Below, piece after piece: positions 49,581-59,109 of a stretch of 64,000 nt of DNA. Every line of letters begins with the position of its first letter. Position 1 is the first letter of the stretch. The position numbers were made by a program, and so were the translations under genes. Source of the DNA: Nanobdellota archaeon. GTDB lineage: Archaea > Nanobdellota > Nanobdellia > Parvarchaeales > Parvarchaeaceae. The notes below the pieces were generated by a model, which was not told the origin of the DNA, ran no database searches, and saw nothing but the letters and a program-made list of their open reading frames with translations. Location of the stretch: positions 76,236 through 140,235 of the forward strand of contig JAKAVT010000001.1 in NCBI GenBank assembly GCA_021817165.1. The letters run 5' to 3'.

Positions 49581-50171
49581 ATGGACTACTACGCAAGAGG
49601 GGAGGAAAGATTTGGTACAATATCCTCTAGGTTGTATTCTTTTGGAGTTTCGAGATCAATGAGAAGCTTTTATTCTTTCATAGAAAAGGACATTGAAAAG
49701 TACAAGCCCAAAAAGATACTTGACGTAGGAGCTGGTCCTGGAGATCTTGCCTTAGCAATGAGTAAAATGAAAAACGTCAATGTGTACTGCGTTGACCCTT
49801 CCATTTCCATGAAAAAAATAGCCGAAAGGCGGTTTATTAAAAATGGAATAAAAAACATAATATACGAACTGGGAAGCAGTCGTTATATCCCGTTCAATGA
49901 AAAATTCGACGTGATAGTAACAACAATCTCATTTCACCACTGGAAGGAAAAGGAAGGAAGCATAAAGTATATTTTAAATAAATTGAATAAAAACGGCACG
50001 TTCATCGTATACGAATTTTGCTACGACAAGCTAAATGTCATTCAAAAAATGTCTCTGGGAAAGCACAGCCTGTCGATAGAGCAGGCCAAAAGCTACAGGT
50101 TCAAAGACCATAAGAAAAGGGTGGAAGTGATGGGCAAAATCATAAAACTGTCATTTGCAAATAAGTCTTAA
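49581..50171 (+). CDS. Class I SAM-dependent methyltransferase
   Basis: ILDVGAGPG, VDPS..M, FDVI...SFHHW motifs. Confidence 0.85.
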   Translation: MDYYARGEERFGTISSRLYSFGVSRSMRSFYSFIEKDIEKYKPKKILDVGAGPGDLALAMSKMKNVNVYCVDPSISMKKIAERRFIKNGIKNIIYELGSSRYIPFNEKFDVIVTTISFHHWKEKEGSIKYILNKLNKNGTFIVYEFCYDKLNVIQKMSLGKHSLSIEQAKSYRFKDHKKRVEVMGKIIKLSFANKS

Positions 50172-50174
50172 ACA

Positions 50175-50182
50175 TATAAATA
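50175..50182 (+). promoter_or_regulatory. TATA box for tRNA-Ile
   Basis: TATAAATA ending 25 nt before the mature tRNA 5' end, preceded by an A-rich BRE-like stretch. Confidence 0.5.
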
Positions 50183-50206
50183 ATAAAGTGATAAATTATA
50201 GTTTAG

Positions 50207-50280
50207 GGTCTGGTAGCTTAGCCCGGTGGAGCGTTCGACTGATAATCGAAAGGTCGGGAGTCCAAATCTCCCCCAGACCA
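50207..50280 (+). tRNA. tRNA-Ile(GAT) with atypical T-loop (C55)
   Basis: GGTCTGG/CCAGACC-A, TTCGA-CTGATAA-TCGAA, GGGAG-TCCAAAT-CTCCC. Confidence 0.92.
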
Positions 50281-50432
50281 TTTCCTTTTCTGATTGAAAC
50301 ACGCAAAAAATACTGCTTAAACGCCTTTGCAGTTTTATTGCGTAACCATACATTGTTTTTCACTAAATTTAGATTTTCGGCTCTAAAAATGCATAAAAAT
50401 AAGTTTAAATCGGGTGAAAAAGTAATATTCAA

Positions 50433-51650
50433 ATGAATTTTATAGCAATAGAAAAAAATACTGCAAAAAACATTGAAAAGCAGAGCATAGAAATCGTAGA
50501 GAGGAAAGGATTGGGCCATCCGGATTACTTGGCGGATTCAATAGCAGAGAACTTCTCGGTAAACCTTTCAAAGTACTACATAGAGCATTTTGGGAAGATA
50601 ATGCACCACAATGTGGATAAATTAGAGGTGATAGGCGGTGAAACAAGGCCTGCATTTAACGGTGGAAAGATAACAAAGCAGATAACCATACTTTTTTCAG
50701 GAAGAGCAACTGGCATTGTAAACAACGAAGCAGTACCTTTAAAGGACATAGCTGAAAACTCCGCTAAGGGCTGGTTAAAACGCAATATAAGGTTTTTAGA
50801 TCCAAATCAATTAAGATACTTATTTGAAACAAACAACGGCTCCGTAAACCTTGCTGATGCTTTCCAGAGAAACGGCAGGCCCGGCTCAAATGACACTTCT
50901 TTTGCAGTGGGTTACTACCCTTACAGCACGCTTGAAAGTTTGGTTTTAAAAACGGAAAATTACCTGAATTCAAAGGAATTTAAATCCAAATTCGAATTTT
51001 CTGGAGAAGACATAAAAATAATGGGAGTAAGGCTGAAAAGCAGGCTTAAAATTACGATTGCCATGGCAATGATAGACCGGTTCATCTCTTCGGAGGTGGA
51101 TTATTTCAAGAAGAAAAATGAGGTAATGGAAGACGCTTTGTCTTACATCAAACGGCTAAATGAAACGCTTGAAAATGAAAACGGAATAAAACAAAAAAGG
51201 AAGATAGATCTTGCTATAAACGGCATGGACAAAAGGGGAAGAGGAATAAACGGCTGCTACCTTACCGTTACGGGACTAAGCGCTGAAGGCGGAGATGACG
51301 GCGCAGTAGGCAGAGGCAACCGCGTAAATGGATTAATAACTCCTAATAGGGCAATGACGCTAGAAGCGGCAGCCGGTAAAAACCCAGTAAACCACATAGG
51401 AAAAATATACAGCCTGTTTTCTTTCGACCTTGCGAAAAAGATACATGAAAGGTTTGGATTAAGAAACCAGATAAAGATGGTTGGAAGGATAGGTAACGAT
51501 CTAAGCAAACCGCTGGCCTTTTCTTTATTGTTAGAAGAAAAAACCGACAAAAATCAGAAAAAGGACATAACAAATTTTATAAACGAAGAACTGTCAAATA
51601 TAAACGAAATTACAAATAAGATAATAGAAGGAAAATTTAGCGTTTGCTGA
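50433..51650 (+). CDS. mat: Archaeal-type S-adenosylmethionine synthetase
   Basis: [57 protein letters not shown]. Confidence 0.93.
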   Translation: MNFIAIEKNTAKNIEKQSIEIVERKGLGHPDYLADSIAENFSVNLSKYYIEHFGKIMHHNVDKLEVIGGETRPAFNGGKITKQITILFSGRATGIVNNEAVPLKDIAENSAKGWLKRNIRFLDPNQLRYLFETNNGSVNLADAFQRNGRPGSNDTSFAVGYYPYSTLESLVLKTENYLNSKEFKSKFEFSGEDIKIMGVRLKSRLKITIAMAMIDRFISSEVDYFKKKNEVMEDALSYIKRLNETLENENGIKQKRKIDLAINGMDKRGRGINGCYLTVTGLSAEGGDDGAVGRGNRVNGLITPNRAMTLEAAAGKNPVNHIGKIYSLFSFDLAKKIHERFGLRNQIKMVGRIGNDLSKPLAFSLLLEEKTDKNQKKDITNFINEELSNINEITNKIIEGKFSVC

Positions 51651-51655
51651 TTTTT

Positions 51656-52738
51656 ATGGATGAATTTGAGATACTGAACCTTATAAAGTACCTGGAAGGG
51701 ATAAAAGGTAGACATACTGAATTAGTAACGGTTTACGTACCTGGGGGATTTAACCTGGATTTAATACGCTCGCAGTTGGCGGACGAAAAAAGCACTGCCA
51801 CGAATATAAAGGACAGGAACAACAGAAAAAATGTAATAGACGCATTAGAGAAGATAATGAACGAGCTAAAGCTCATACGCAATACTCCTGAAAACGGATT
51901 GGTAATATTCTGCGGAAACGTTTCCGAGAGGGAGGGAGAACCTGATATAAAGGTGTGGGAGATAGTGCCGCCTGCCAAATCGGACATAAGGCTTTATCGC
52001 TGCGATCAGAGGTTTATAACAGAGCCTTTAAAACAAATGTACCACCAAGAAAACGCATACGGCCTGATAGTTCTTGACTTAAGAGAAGCGACTTTCGGGA
52101 TATTGGAAGGCTCCAGGATAGACATGCTTAAGCACATAAAATCGCTGGTGCCGGGAAAATTCTCAAAGGGTGGACAGTCGGCGATGCGTTTTTCAAGGGA
52201 AAGAGAAGGCTTGATACGGGACTTTTACAAGGAGATAGCCGACACCGCAAAGGACCTTTTCTTTAACAAAGAGCTTAAAGGCATAATAATCGGAGGGCCT
52301 GGGCCTGCAAAAGACAATTTCATTGAAAGCGGATACCTTATAACTAACCTGAAAAACCTCATAAAGGGCATGAGGAGCATAAGCTATACCGATGAAAGCG
52401 GTCTTAGAGAACTGGTTGAAAAAAGCAAGGACATACTTGCAAACGAAAGGATTACCATAGAAAAAGAATACGTGCAGAAGCTTTTGAGTAGCATAGCTAG
52501 AAACGACAACATGTCGGTATACGGAGAAGATGCCGTAAGAAAAGAGCTAGAAAACGACAACGTGGATCTTCTTTTGATTTCCACAGGGATGGATGAAAAC
52601 AAGAAAAACGAGTTTTATTATCTTGGAAAGGGAAAAAACATCGACGTACAAGTAATATCCAAAGATTCCAGCGATGGCCTTCAGCTTTTTAATCTTGGAG
52701 GGGTCGCAGCATTTTTGAAAAGGCCTTCAAAACAATGA
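51656..52738 (+). CDS. prf1: Peptide chain release factor aRF1
   Basis: RHTELVTVY, NIKD (NIKS-like), YRCD, KGGQS motifs. Confidence 0.95.
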   Translation: MDEFEILNLIKYLEGIKGRHTELVTVYVPGGFNLDLIRSQLADEKSTATNIKDRNNRKNVIDALEKIMNELKLIRNTPENGLVIFCGNVSEREGEPDIKVWEIVPPAKSDIRLYRCDQRFITEPLKQMYHQENAYGLIVLDLREATFGILEGSRIDMLKHIKSLVPGKFSKGGQSAMRFSREREGLIRDFYKEIADTAKDLFFNKELKGIIIGGPGPAKDNFIESGYLITNLKNLIKGMRSISYTDESGLRELVEKSKDILANERITIEKEYVQKLLSSIARNDNMSVYGEDAVRKELENDNVDLLLISTGMDENKKNEFYYLGKGKNIDVQVISKDSSDGLQLFNLGGVAAFLKRPSKQ

Positions 52739-52779
52739 TGTATAAAAAGGATTAAATATGTTTAGATACAGAAAAACTT

Positions 52780-53352
52780 ATGGATCTGACAATAAACGAC
52801 AGTAAAAGCATAAAAAGAGTTATAAGCGAAACCCTTTCCAAATACCTTGAACCGGAAGATAAAAACAGAGTATACAACTATCTTTTGATGAAAAACGAGA
52901 GGACCGGTAACCTCATACATGCCATAAACGACCTGCTTGCAAAAAGCGATTACTCAAGGAAAATCAAGGACATAATAGAAAGAATAAACGATGAGCTTTC
53001 ATCAAAACTTGCTGTCGAAACCAATGCTAAAGATATACACCTCAATGAAGGGAGTAGTTTTATACTATCCGTAAAGATAACGAACAACTTTGATGTGCCT
53101 CTGGTATTTGAAGTAAAGCTGGAAGACCGAGACAATTTTCTTCCCATAGTATACGACAAAATCCAGGATTCTTATTTCAATGAATTCTCGGAAGAGCGCA
53201 TAATAGACAGCGAAGAGATGAAAGAGGTAAAATTCAAGATAAGCAGCAATGAAAAAGCAAAAAAAGGGTCTACGCTTCTTTTCCTTGTCATAAAGTCAAA
53301 GGAGATAGAAGGTTTGAACCTTATCTCCAGAATAAAGGTGGAGATTGCTTAA
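52780..53352 (+). CDS. Hypothetical protein (helical N-terminus, Ig-like C-terminus)
   Basis: 190-aa ORF; alternating beta-strand pattern in the C-terminal half. Confidence 0.7.
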   Translation: MDLTINDSKSIKRVISETLSKYLEPEDKNRVYNYLLMKNERTGNLIHAINDLLAKSDYSRKIKDIIERINDELSSKLAVETNAKDIHLNEGSSFILSVKITNNFDVPLVFEVKLEDRDNFLPIVYDKIQDSYFNEFSEERIIDSEEMKEVKFKISSNEKAKKGSTLLFLVIKSKEIEGLNLISRIKVEIA

Positions 53353-53465
53353 GATCTGTCGTTTATTACCTTATACAGCCTGTCTCCGAATTTATTCTCG
53401 TCTTTCCTGTCTCTTCTCGTCCTTTTTCTTTTTAAAGCCAGTTTTTTCCTTAAAAGATTTGCCAT
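53349..53465 (-). CDS. Small basic hypothetical protein (38 aa, not in ORF track)
   Basis: MANLLRKKLALKRKRTRRDRKDENKFGDRLYKVINDRS; starts 1 nt after the endA stop and exactly fills the gap. Confidence 0.55.
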   Translation of the reverse strand: MANLLRKKLALKRKRTRRDRKDENKFGDRLYKVINDRS

Positions 53466-53466
53466 A

Positions 53467-54000
53467 TCACATCCTCACCCAATTAACCTCATAGTAGGTA
53501 ACGGAACCTTCGTCGTCCACTATCCCAATAAGAAGTCTTTTTCTTACGCTATGAGCAACCCTGTTCATTGCCGAAAAGTTCAGCAGCGGCAGGCTCTCAT
53601 GCTCATCAGAGCAGTAAAGTAACCATTCTGCGTGCTCTTTGCCCGGAATGGCTCCTTTATTATACACTCTAAAATCGCCACCGTATTTAAAGGCTGTCTT
53701 TGGCAGATAACCCATGCTTCTAAGATCACTGAAAACAAGATACCTTGTCCAGAAGCGCTTTTGCTTACGTCTCGCAATTTCTATTAGCTCACGAAATTTC
53801 AGTTCCTTCCCTTCCTTGTTGTATATTTTAAGCGCCTTTTTTTCATTCAGGTAAACGGCTTCTTCTATCGACAATTCCAGTTTTCCGTTTATGAATGCCC
53901 CGAAATTGCCCTTGTTAAATAACGTGGAAGCCAAAGACTGGTCGGTTACCACGACTTTATTTCCAACAAAAAGCGTTAACTGTCTTTTAACTTGTTTCAT
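53467..54000 (-). CDS. endA: tRNA-intron endonuclease, single-unit alpha type
   Basis: LSIEEAVYL, KYGGDFRVY..G..HAEW, RVAHSVRKRLL catalytic Tyr/His/Lys. Confidence 0.93.
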   Translation of the reverse strand: MKQVKRQLTLFVGNKVVVTDQSLASTLFNKGNFGAFINGKLELSIEEAVYLNEKKALKIYNKEGKELKFRELIEIARRKQKRFWTRYLVFSDLRSMGYLPKTAFKYGGDFRVYNKGAIPGKEHAEWLLYCSDEHESLPLLNFSAMNRVAHSVRKRLLIGIVDDEGSVTYYEVNWVRM

Positions 54001-54063
54001 ACATAGTATACGAATGAATCGATAATATTTATTTATATCAATAGAACCATTTAGCTTGTAAAC

Positions 54064-54789
54064 ATGGAAATAAAAGAGGGGGATATATACATTTGCCGGG
54101 TTAGAAAGCTACTGCAGCACGGAATAATCGTAACTATAGGAAACGGTGAAACTGAAGGATTCATACACATCTCAGAGCTTAGCAAAAGATGGGTAAGAGA
54201 CGTAAAAGACGTGGCAAAGGAAGGTGAGGTTCTTGTTTGCAAAGTGATAACTCTCGGACAGTCCCCTGAACTTTCTATAAAAAGGGTAACGGATAGCGAA
54301 AAAAGGGAAGCATTGAGGGAATGGTCCATAGAGAACAGGCTTATAAAATTGATAGAAAAATTCTACAAAAAGGACACTGACAAACTCAAAGACCAGATAA
54401 TAAAAAAGTACGGTTCTATATTCGGTTTCTACGAAGCATTGACAAAAAACGGGAAAACAGAGCTGGAAGACATGAAACTGAACAAAGAGATTACAAATGA
54501 GCTGCTGGACTTTGTCGAAAAAACCAAAAAGAAGGTAATCATAAAAAACCAACTTGAACTAAAGACATATGAAGAAAAAGGAGTCGAAAAAATAAAAGAA
54601 CTGCTGAATGAATGCGCAAAAACAAAGGGAGTATCGATAAAATACATAAAAGCACCAGTTTACATGATGACCTTAGATCTTGGTGATACGAAAAAGACAT
54701 TAAATGAAAATAAAAAACTGCTTGAACTTATTAGCAAAAAAAGCAAGACGCTGAACATAGACTTCAAATACACGGAAATAAGGCAGTAA
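54064..54789 (+). CDS. eif2a: Translation initiation factor aIF2 alpha
   Basis: S1 domain EGFIHISELSKRWVRD, LSIKRV, C-terminal YIKAP.Y. Confidence 0.9.
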   Translation: MEIKEGDIYICRVRKLLQHGIIVTIGNGETEGFIHISELSKRWVRDVKDVAKEGEVLVCKVITLGQSPELSIKRVTDSEKREALREWSIENRLIKLIEKFYKKDTDKLKDQIIKKYGSIFGFYEALTKNGKTELEDMKLNKEITNELLDFVEKTKKKVIIKNQLELKTYEEKGVEKIKELLNECAKTKGVSIKYIKAPVYMMTLDLGDTKKTLNENKKLLELISKKSKTLNIDFKYTEIRQ

Positions 54790-54791
54790 AT

Positions 54792-54968
54792 ATGGAAAGG
54801 ATAAGATTCTGTACGAAGTGCAATAAGTATACTCTTAAGAGGATATGCCCGGAATGTGGCGGGGAAACTGAGATAAATGCGCCACAAAAATACTCTAAAG
54901 ACGAAACAGTGGCATATTATAGAAGAAGAATAAAGAAGGAGTCATTAAACGGACATGAAAGTAACTAA
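54792..54968 (+). CDS. nop10: Nop10 (58 aa, not in ORF track)
   Basis: MERIRFCTKCNKYTLKRICPECGGET...PQKYSKDE...YRR; conserved position after aIF2 alpha. Confidence 0.9.
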   Translation: MERIRFCTKCNKYTLKRICPECGGETEINAPQKYSKDETVAYYRRRIKKESLNGHESN

Positions 54969-56115
54969 CGTAAAATCGGTGTATTATGAGCTGGTAAAAC
55001 ATAAAAATGAGATTAAAAGGGTAGTAGATTACGTGAAGAAGGGAGACATAAACGGCTTCACACCACCATCGGCATTGGTTGGAGAATACAATTATCCAAA
55101 TGTTTCCGTGGGAGTGATATTTACAGAAGACAATAAAGCCCAGATATACGATGCGCCTAAGCTCTGGGTTGCAAACGGTTTTAAGGTTGCAGACGTTTTC
55201 TCGCTTAGGACACGGCTTATAAATGCATCAAAAAACTTCAACGTAAACAACATAAACCTGGAGGAATTGGAAAGAATAAGACTGTCAGTTATATCCTCAA
55301 ATGAACTTAACATAGACTTAAAGGTGTCCAGCGTAAACATGCCTAAGATTGATGTAAATGACTTTTACCAGCATGGAATAAAGACTAAACTCGAAAAGTT
55401 CAAGATCAATGACAATTTTAAGATAGACTCAAAGATAGAAAAGATTTATTATGATAAGGACATGAAAGCACAGGAGGGCATAAAATTCCTCTATGACTCA
55501 AAAATCGACGAAAACAAAATAAGTAAGATTCTCAGTGTCGGTGCAATGGGCGTGAAAAGGAAACTTGTTCCAACAAAGTGGTCCATAACAGCAGTTGACG
55601 ATTCTTTGGGAAAAGAGGAGATAGAGAAGATCAAAACGTTCAAAAAAGGGGAGAATTATCGCATACAGACTGGACAGTTCTTCGGAAACCGCTTTACGTT
55701 CCTGTTCCTAAAAGGCCCGTGGTCATTTGAGCTCCTTGAAACTTGGAACAGGGATGCGAATAACGTGTTCATGGGCAGCGGGGACCATGAATTTTATAAT
55801 GGAAGGAAGGAATATGTGAAGAACACTGCGGGAGCGTACTATGCTGTAAGACTGGCAGTCCTGGAAAAGCTTCTGCAATTGAAAGAGCAGTATTCCGTTT
55901 TGGTGGTAAGGGAGATACTTCCGGAATACTTTGTGCCTTTGGGAGTTTGGGTGGTAAGGGAAGGCGCGAGAAAGGCGCTGGAAGAAGAAAGTTTGCCAGC
56001 TCCAGACATGCAGACTGCATTGTCCATTGCAAAATCGAAGGTGCTATTCCCGGCAAACCTTGAAAAGAGAAGCGCGCTGATAACCATGCTGAAGAGCCAG
56101 ACTACACTCATTTAA
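54955..56115 (+). CDS. nre: Nre DNA-repair protein (DUF650/DUF651)
   Basis: PPSALVGEYNYPNV, LSVGAMG..RKLVPTKWSITAVD, AGAYYAVRLAVLE, EY.VPLGVWVVRE. Confidence 0.85.
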   Translation: MKVTNVKSVYYELVKHKNEIKRVVDYVKKGDINGFTPPSALVGEYNYPNVSVGVIFTEDNKAQIYDAPKLWVANGFKVADVFSLRTRLINASKNFNVNNINLEELERIRLSVISSNELNIDLKVSSVNMPKIDVNDFYQHGIKTKLEKFKINDNFKIDSKIEKIYYDKDMKAQEGIKFLYDSKIDENKISKILSVGAMGVKRKLVPTKWSITAVDDSLGKEEIEKIKTFKKGENYRIQTGQFFGNRFTFLFLKGPWSFELLETWNRDANNVFMGSGDHEFYNGRKEYVKNTAGAYYAVRLAVLEKLLQLKEQYSVLVVREILPEYFVPLGVWVVREGARKALEEESLPAPDMQTALSIAKSKVLFPANLEKRSALITMLKSQTTLI

Positions 56116-56831
56116 GCAATTAGTTTAAAATGTGCAAGTAGTCTATTCAAAGTTATCGAAGTTATGAAAGTTATTATAAGATATGCCCAATACCAGTTGA
56201 GTTCGTTTCCTATCAATGGCAGGCTGAATGGAAGTTTTGTAACTATAAATGTGTTAGGGATAAATTCTATCTTGGAAGAGTTCAAGGAGATGGTTTGTAC
56301 ATGCGAGTCTCCCACCAATGAAAAGGAATTATTGTACACCTTCCCGCTGGTTGAAAGGTACAGCGTACAGCTTCCGCTTTTTGTCACGTTCGCGCTCAAC
56401 TTAAGGGAAGTCTCGTTAGAAAATATGGATATGTTTTTGTAACCGTTGAACATTACGCAATTGTTTGCTGAATAAAGGGTACCGTTTATGTTCCCTGAGA
56501 AGGTAGCTGATATGGGCGAACCAAGCATTACAGGAGCGTAACTGAAGTATGAAGACATTAAAAGAAAGATTACGAGAAAAGGCACGAAGGTTATGAAGGT
56601 AGGCTTCATCGACTGCTTCATTATCCTCGAGTTTTCTGCCATCAATTGGCTATAAGTCGGTTTGAATTCCGGGTGATCCGGCTTCATTCCCTTCATCTTC
56701 TGTTGCAATTCCTTTATCTTTGCCTTGCTGGTTCTTACCATCTCATGATCTACTATGAAAAGGTAGGCTATCTGACCAGAAGCCCCTACAGCTATCGAAA
56801 TTAATATTACGGCTATGACGTCTATATTCAT
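56112..56831 (-). CDS. DUF106/EMC3-like (Oxa1 superfamily) membrane insertase
   Basis: TM1, coiled coil, MKP.FIT..PFL, terminal WYWAY motif; located after secY. Confidence 0.82.
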   Translation of the reverse strand: MNIDVIAVILISIAVGASGQIAYLFIVDHEMVRTSKAKIKELQQKMKGMKPDHPEFKPTYSQLMAENSRIMKQSMKPTFITFVPFLVIFLLMSSYFSYAPVMLGSPISATFSGNINGTLYSANNCVMFNGYKNISIFSNETSLKLSANVTKSGSCTLYLSTSGKVYNNSFSLVGDSHVQTISLNSSKIEFIPNTFIVTKLPFSLPLIGNELNWYWAYLIITFITSITLNRLLAHFKLIA

Positions 56832-56870
56832 ATCCTTTAATCTAATTTTTTATAGTAAATAAACTTATCC

Positions 56871-58268
56871 TTACTCCATGGTGTTGCCAACGAGCTTGTC
56901 TTTTATTGGTTTGAATTCATCGGCGTTGTCCTGCTGCAATGAGAAGTAGAACTGGTAGATTATCATTACGATAAGAAGTATTCCTATGCCCTCCGTTAAA
57001 GTATTTAGAAAAGCCGCGAGAGCTGCGACTAATCCAGTTAACGCGCCTCCGAGTATGGCCAAGGGTATTATATACCTTTTGAATATATCAACCAGCACCC
57101 TTTCATCCCTTCTAAATCCTGGCATTGATAAACCAGATTCCATAAGCTGTTTTACCACTGATCTTGGGTCCTGTCCGCCAAGATACATCCATACGTATGA
57201 GAATGCCGCTGCGCCTATTACCAGTATAACCGTGTATATGATCATCGATTCTATTTCCAATGCAGTTATTCCGGTAGTTACAGCACTTGTATAAAGTTCC
57301 TGTATTGTAGGGGGAGAAAGATAAGCTGCCAATCCGCCGGTCGCTACTTCCTGTGTTCCGAATGCCGTTGATTCGGTTGTAAACGTTCCCAATATGTTTA
57401 TTCCTGCATGTGATAACGTAAGCCCGAAGAACTGCACTCCTGCGACCATCGACACGATCAATACAATGGGGATTATACTCGTATAAAACAAAGACACTGG
57501 CCACCTTATTGAATACCCCCGTAACCTGCCAAAAGAAAGAGGAAGTTCTACTTTTATAGATTGAAGCCATATTGCAACCGCAAACAAAGCCACCGTGGAT
57601 ATTACGGTTATTATTGGGAATACTGCATTCAACGGTATGCCCGCAATAAAAGCCGTGATTATGGATGGAATTGCGCCGATTGGAGTTATAAACGGATTAA
57701 AGGCAGTATTTATTAACTGCAATGAGATGCCTGCAAGTATGAAAAGGCTTATGCCGGAGCCGATGCCCCACTTACTTACGACTTCGTCCATGAAAAGAAG
57801 TATGACTCCGGCTACAAAGAGCTGGAGAAACATAATAATCGGGAAAGCTATGCCTGGCCCGGCCGGAGTGAGTGCGCCACTGAATACGTAAACGCCGTTT
57901 TCTATCGCTATAAAAGAAAATGCCGCTAACTTTTGTATGCCCTGAAAAGTCACCCTTCCTTCTTTTGTCGCGGTGTCTATATTGATTATCTTAGTGCCCT
58001 GCAGCATCTGTATTATTATGCTTGCACTTACTATTGGCCCGATACCGAGGGAAAGCAAGGAACCAAAATGTGAAGCTATAAGCACCTGAAGTATCTCGAA
58101 GTTAAGGCTGTATGACTTGCTTACTCCAAACAGTGGAACAAAAGACATTACTATGAAAAGAACTACGATTACGAATGTCCATTCTAACTTCGTTTTTAAA
58201 TCAAGCTTTTTTTCTGGGACTAATACGGCCGGTAGGTTCGAAATGAATTTTTTCAGCTTCTCATTCAT
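56871..58268 (-). CDS. secY: Protein translocase SecY
   Basis: LGIGPIVSASII.Q, DEVVSKWGIGSGISLFI, FYTS.IP, PGFRRD, GIGILL.V. Confidence 0.96.
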   Translation of the reverse strand: MNEKLKKFISNLPAVLVPEKKLDLKTKLEWTFVIVVLFIVMSFVPLFGVSKSYSLNFEILQVLIASHFGSLLSLGIGPIVSASIIIQMLQGTKIINIDTATKEGRVTFQGIQKLAAFSFIAIENGVYVFSGALTPAGPGIAFPIIMFLQLFVAGVILLFMDEVVSKWGIGSGISLFILAGISLQLINTAFNPFITPIGAIPSIITAFIAGIPLNAVFPIITVISTVALFAVAIWLQSIKVELPLSFGRLRGYSIRWPVSLFYTSIIPIVLIVSMVAGVQFFGLTLSHAGINILGTFTTESTAFGTQEVATGGLAAYLSPPTIQELYTSAVTTGITALEIESMIIYTVILVIGAAAFSYVWMYLGGQDPRSVVKQLMESGLSMPGFRRDERVLVDIFKRYIIPLAILGGALTGLVAALAAFLNTLTEGIGILLIVMIIYQFYFSLQQDNADEFKPIKDKLVGNTME

Positions 58269-58662
58269 ATAGCTCGCCGCCGTTGGCTAATATATCATCC
58301 TTAGCCTTTGCGGAGGCCTTTCCATATACAGCCAACTTAAACTTCTCCTCCCTAAATTTGCCGCATACTTTTGAATAGCCAAGATCTGCAAGCTTTATCT
58401 CGTACCTGTCATTGTCAACTTTAACCTTCCCCTTCTTTTTAAGGGACTCTATCAAATTACCGACATCTTTCAAGTTCAAAGGTACTTTTTTACTTGTTGA
58501 ATAAGAATATGTGTGCGTGTTGGCGTGAAAAGAGGCTAGTTTTTGCTGTCCCCTCTTTCCTCCCCCGGCCTTCCCTACTCCTCCTCTGTTCCCTGCATGT
58601 CTAGTCCTTTTACCGGAACCCCTTCCTGCCGTAGAACTGCCGCGCAAATGTTTCCTTTTCAT
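58261..58662 (-). CDS. rpl15: Ribosomal protein uL15
   Basis: RGSST.GRG..K..R.AG.RGG.G.AG; position in the spc cluster. Confidence 0.88.
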   Translation of the reverse strand: MKRKHLRGSSTAGRGSGKRTRHAGNRGGVGKAGGGKRGQQKLASFHANTHTYSYSTSKKVPLNLKDVGNLIESLKKKGKVKVDNDRYEIKLADLGYSKVCGKFREEKFKLAVYGKASAKAKDDILANGGELYE

Positions 58663-59108
58663 ATCATCCTTTCCAAAAGCTCGTTTATTTTGCTTCCCCT
58701 ATATCCAAATGAGCCTTTCAGCGAAAATGGGGTCTTTTTGCCCTTTCTTTCAAAGCCTTTTATAGGAGGGTGAAGATTAAACAGATTTTTAACGCCTATG
58801 TCCTTAATTTTCTTTTCCCCCTTCAAAAATGACTCGGAAAATGAAGTTATTTCCTGTTCTTTTGCGTCTATCTTCTTTTTGTTGCTTATCCTTCCTCTCT
58901 TCAAAAGTAATTTGGAAATGGTATTAGTGTCTATTTCTCCGTATGTCACAACGCTGTCTATTATATTTAGAATACCCTTGTTACGAGGTGAATTGTCAAC
59001 TATTACACATGAGTAAAGCTTTTTTAGACCAAAAACCCTGAGCCCATCTTTTATCGCTTTGTTCTTTCCTATATCGGACCGTATCTTTATTACTGCAATC
59101 TTTTCCAT
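58659..59108 (-). CDS. rpl30: Ribosomal protein uL30
   Basis: IAVIKIR, TYGEID, FNLHPP.KG..R, GYRG..INELL.RM. Confidence 0.92.
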   Translation of the reverse strand: MEKIAVIKIRSDIGKNKAIKDGLRVFGLKKLYSCVIVDNSPRNKGILNIIDSVVTYGEIDTNTISKLLLKRGRISNKKKIDAKEQEITSFSESFLKGEKKIKDIGVKNLFNLHPPIKGFERKGKKTPFSLKGSFGYRGSKINELLERMI

Positions 59109-59109
59109 T

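Noticed and set aside
50155-50519. Short ORFs on both strands overlapping tRNA-Ile and the mat promoter region
   Set aside because: They overlap a tRNA or AT-rich intergenic DNA and have no recognisable motifs.
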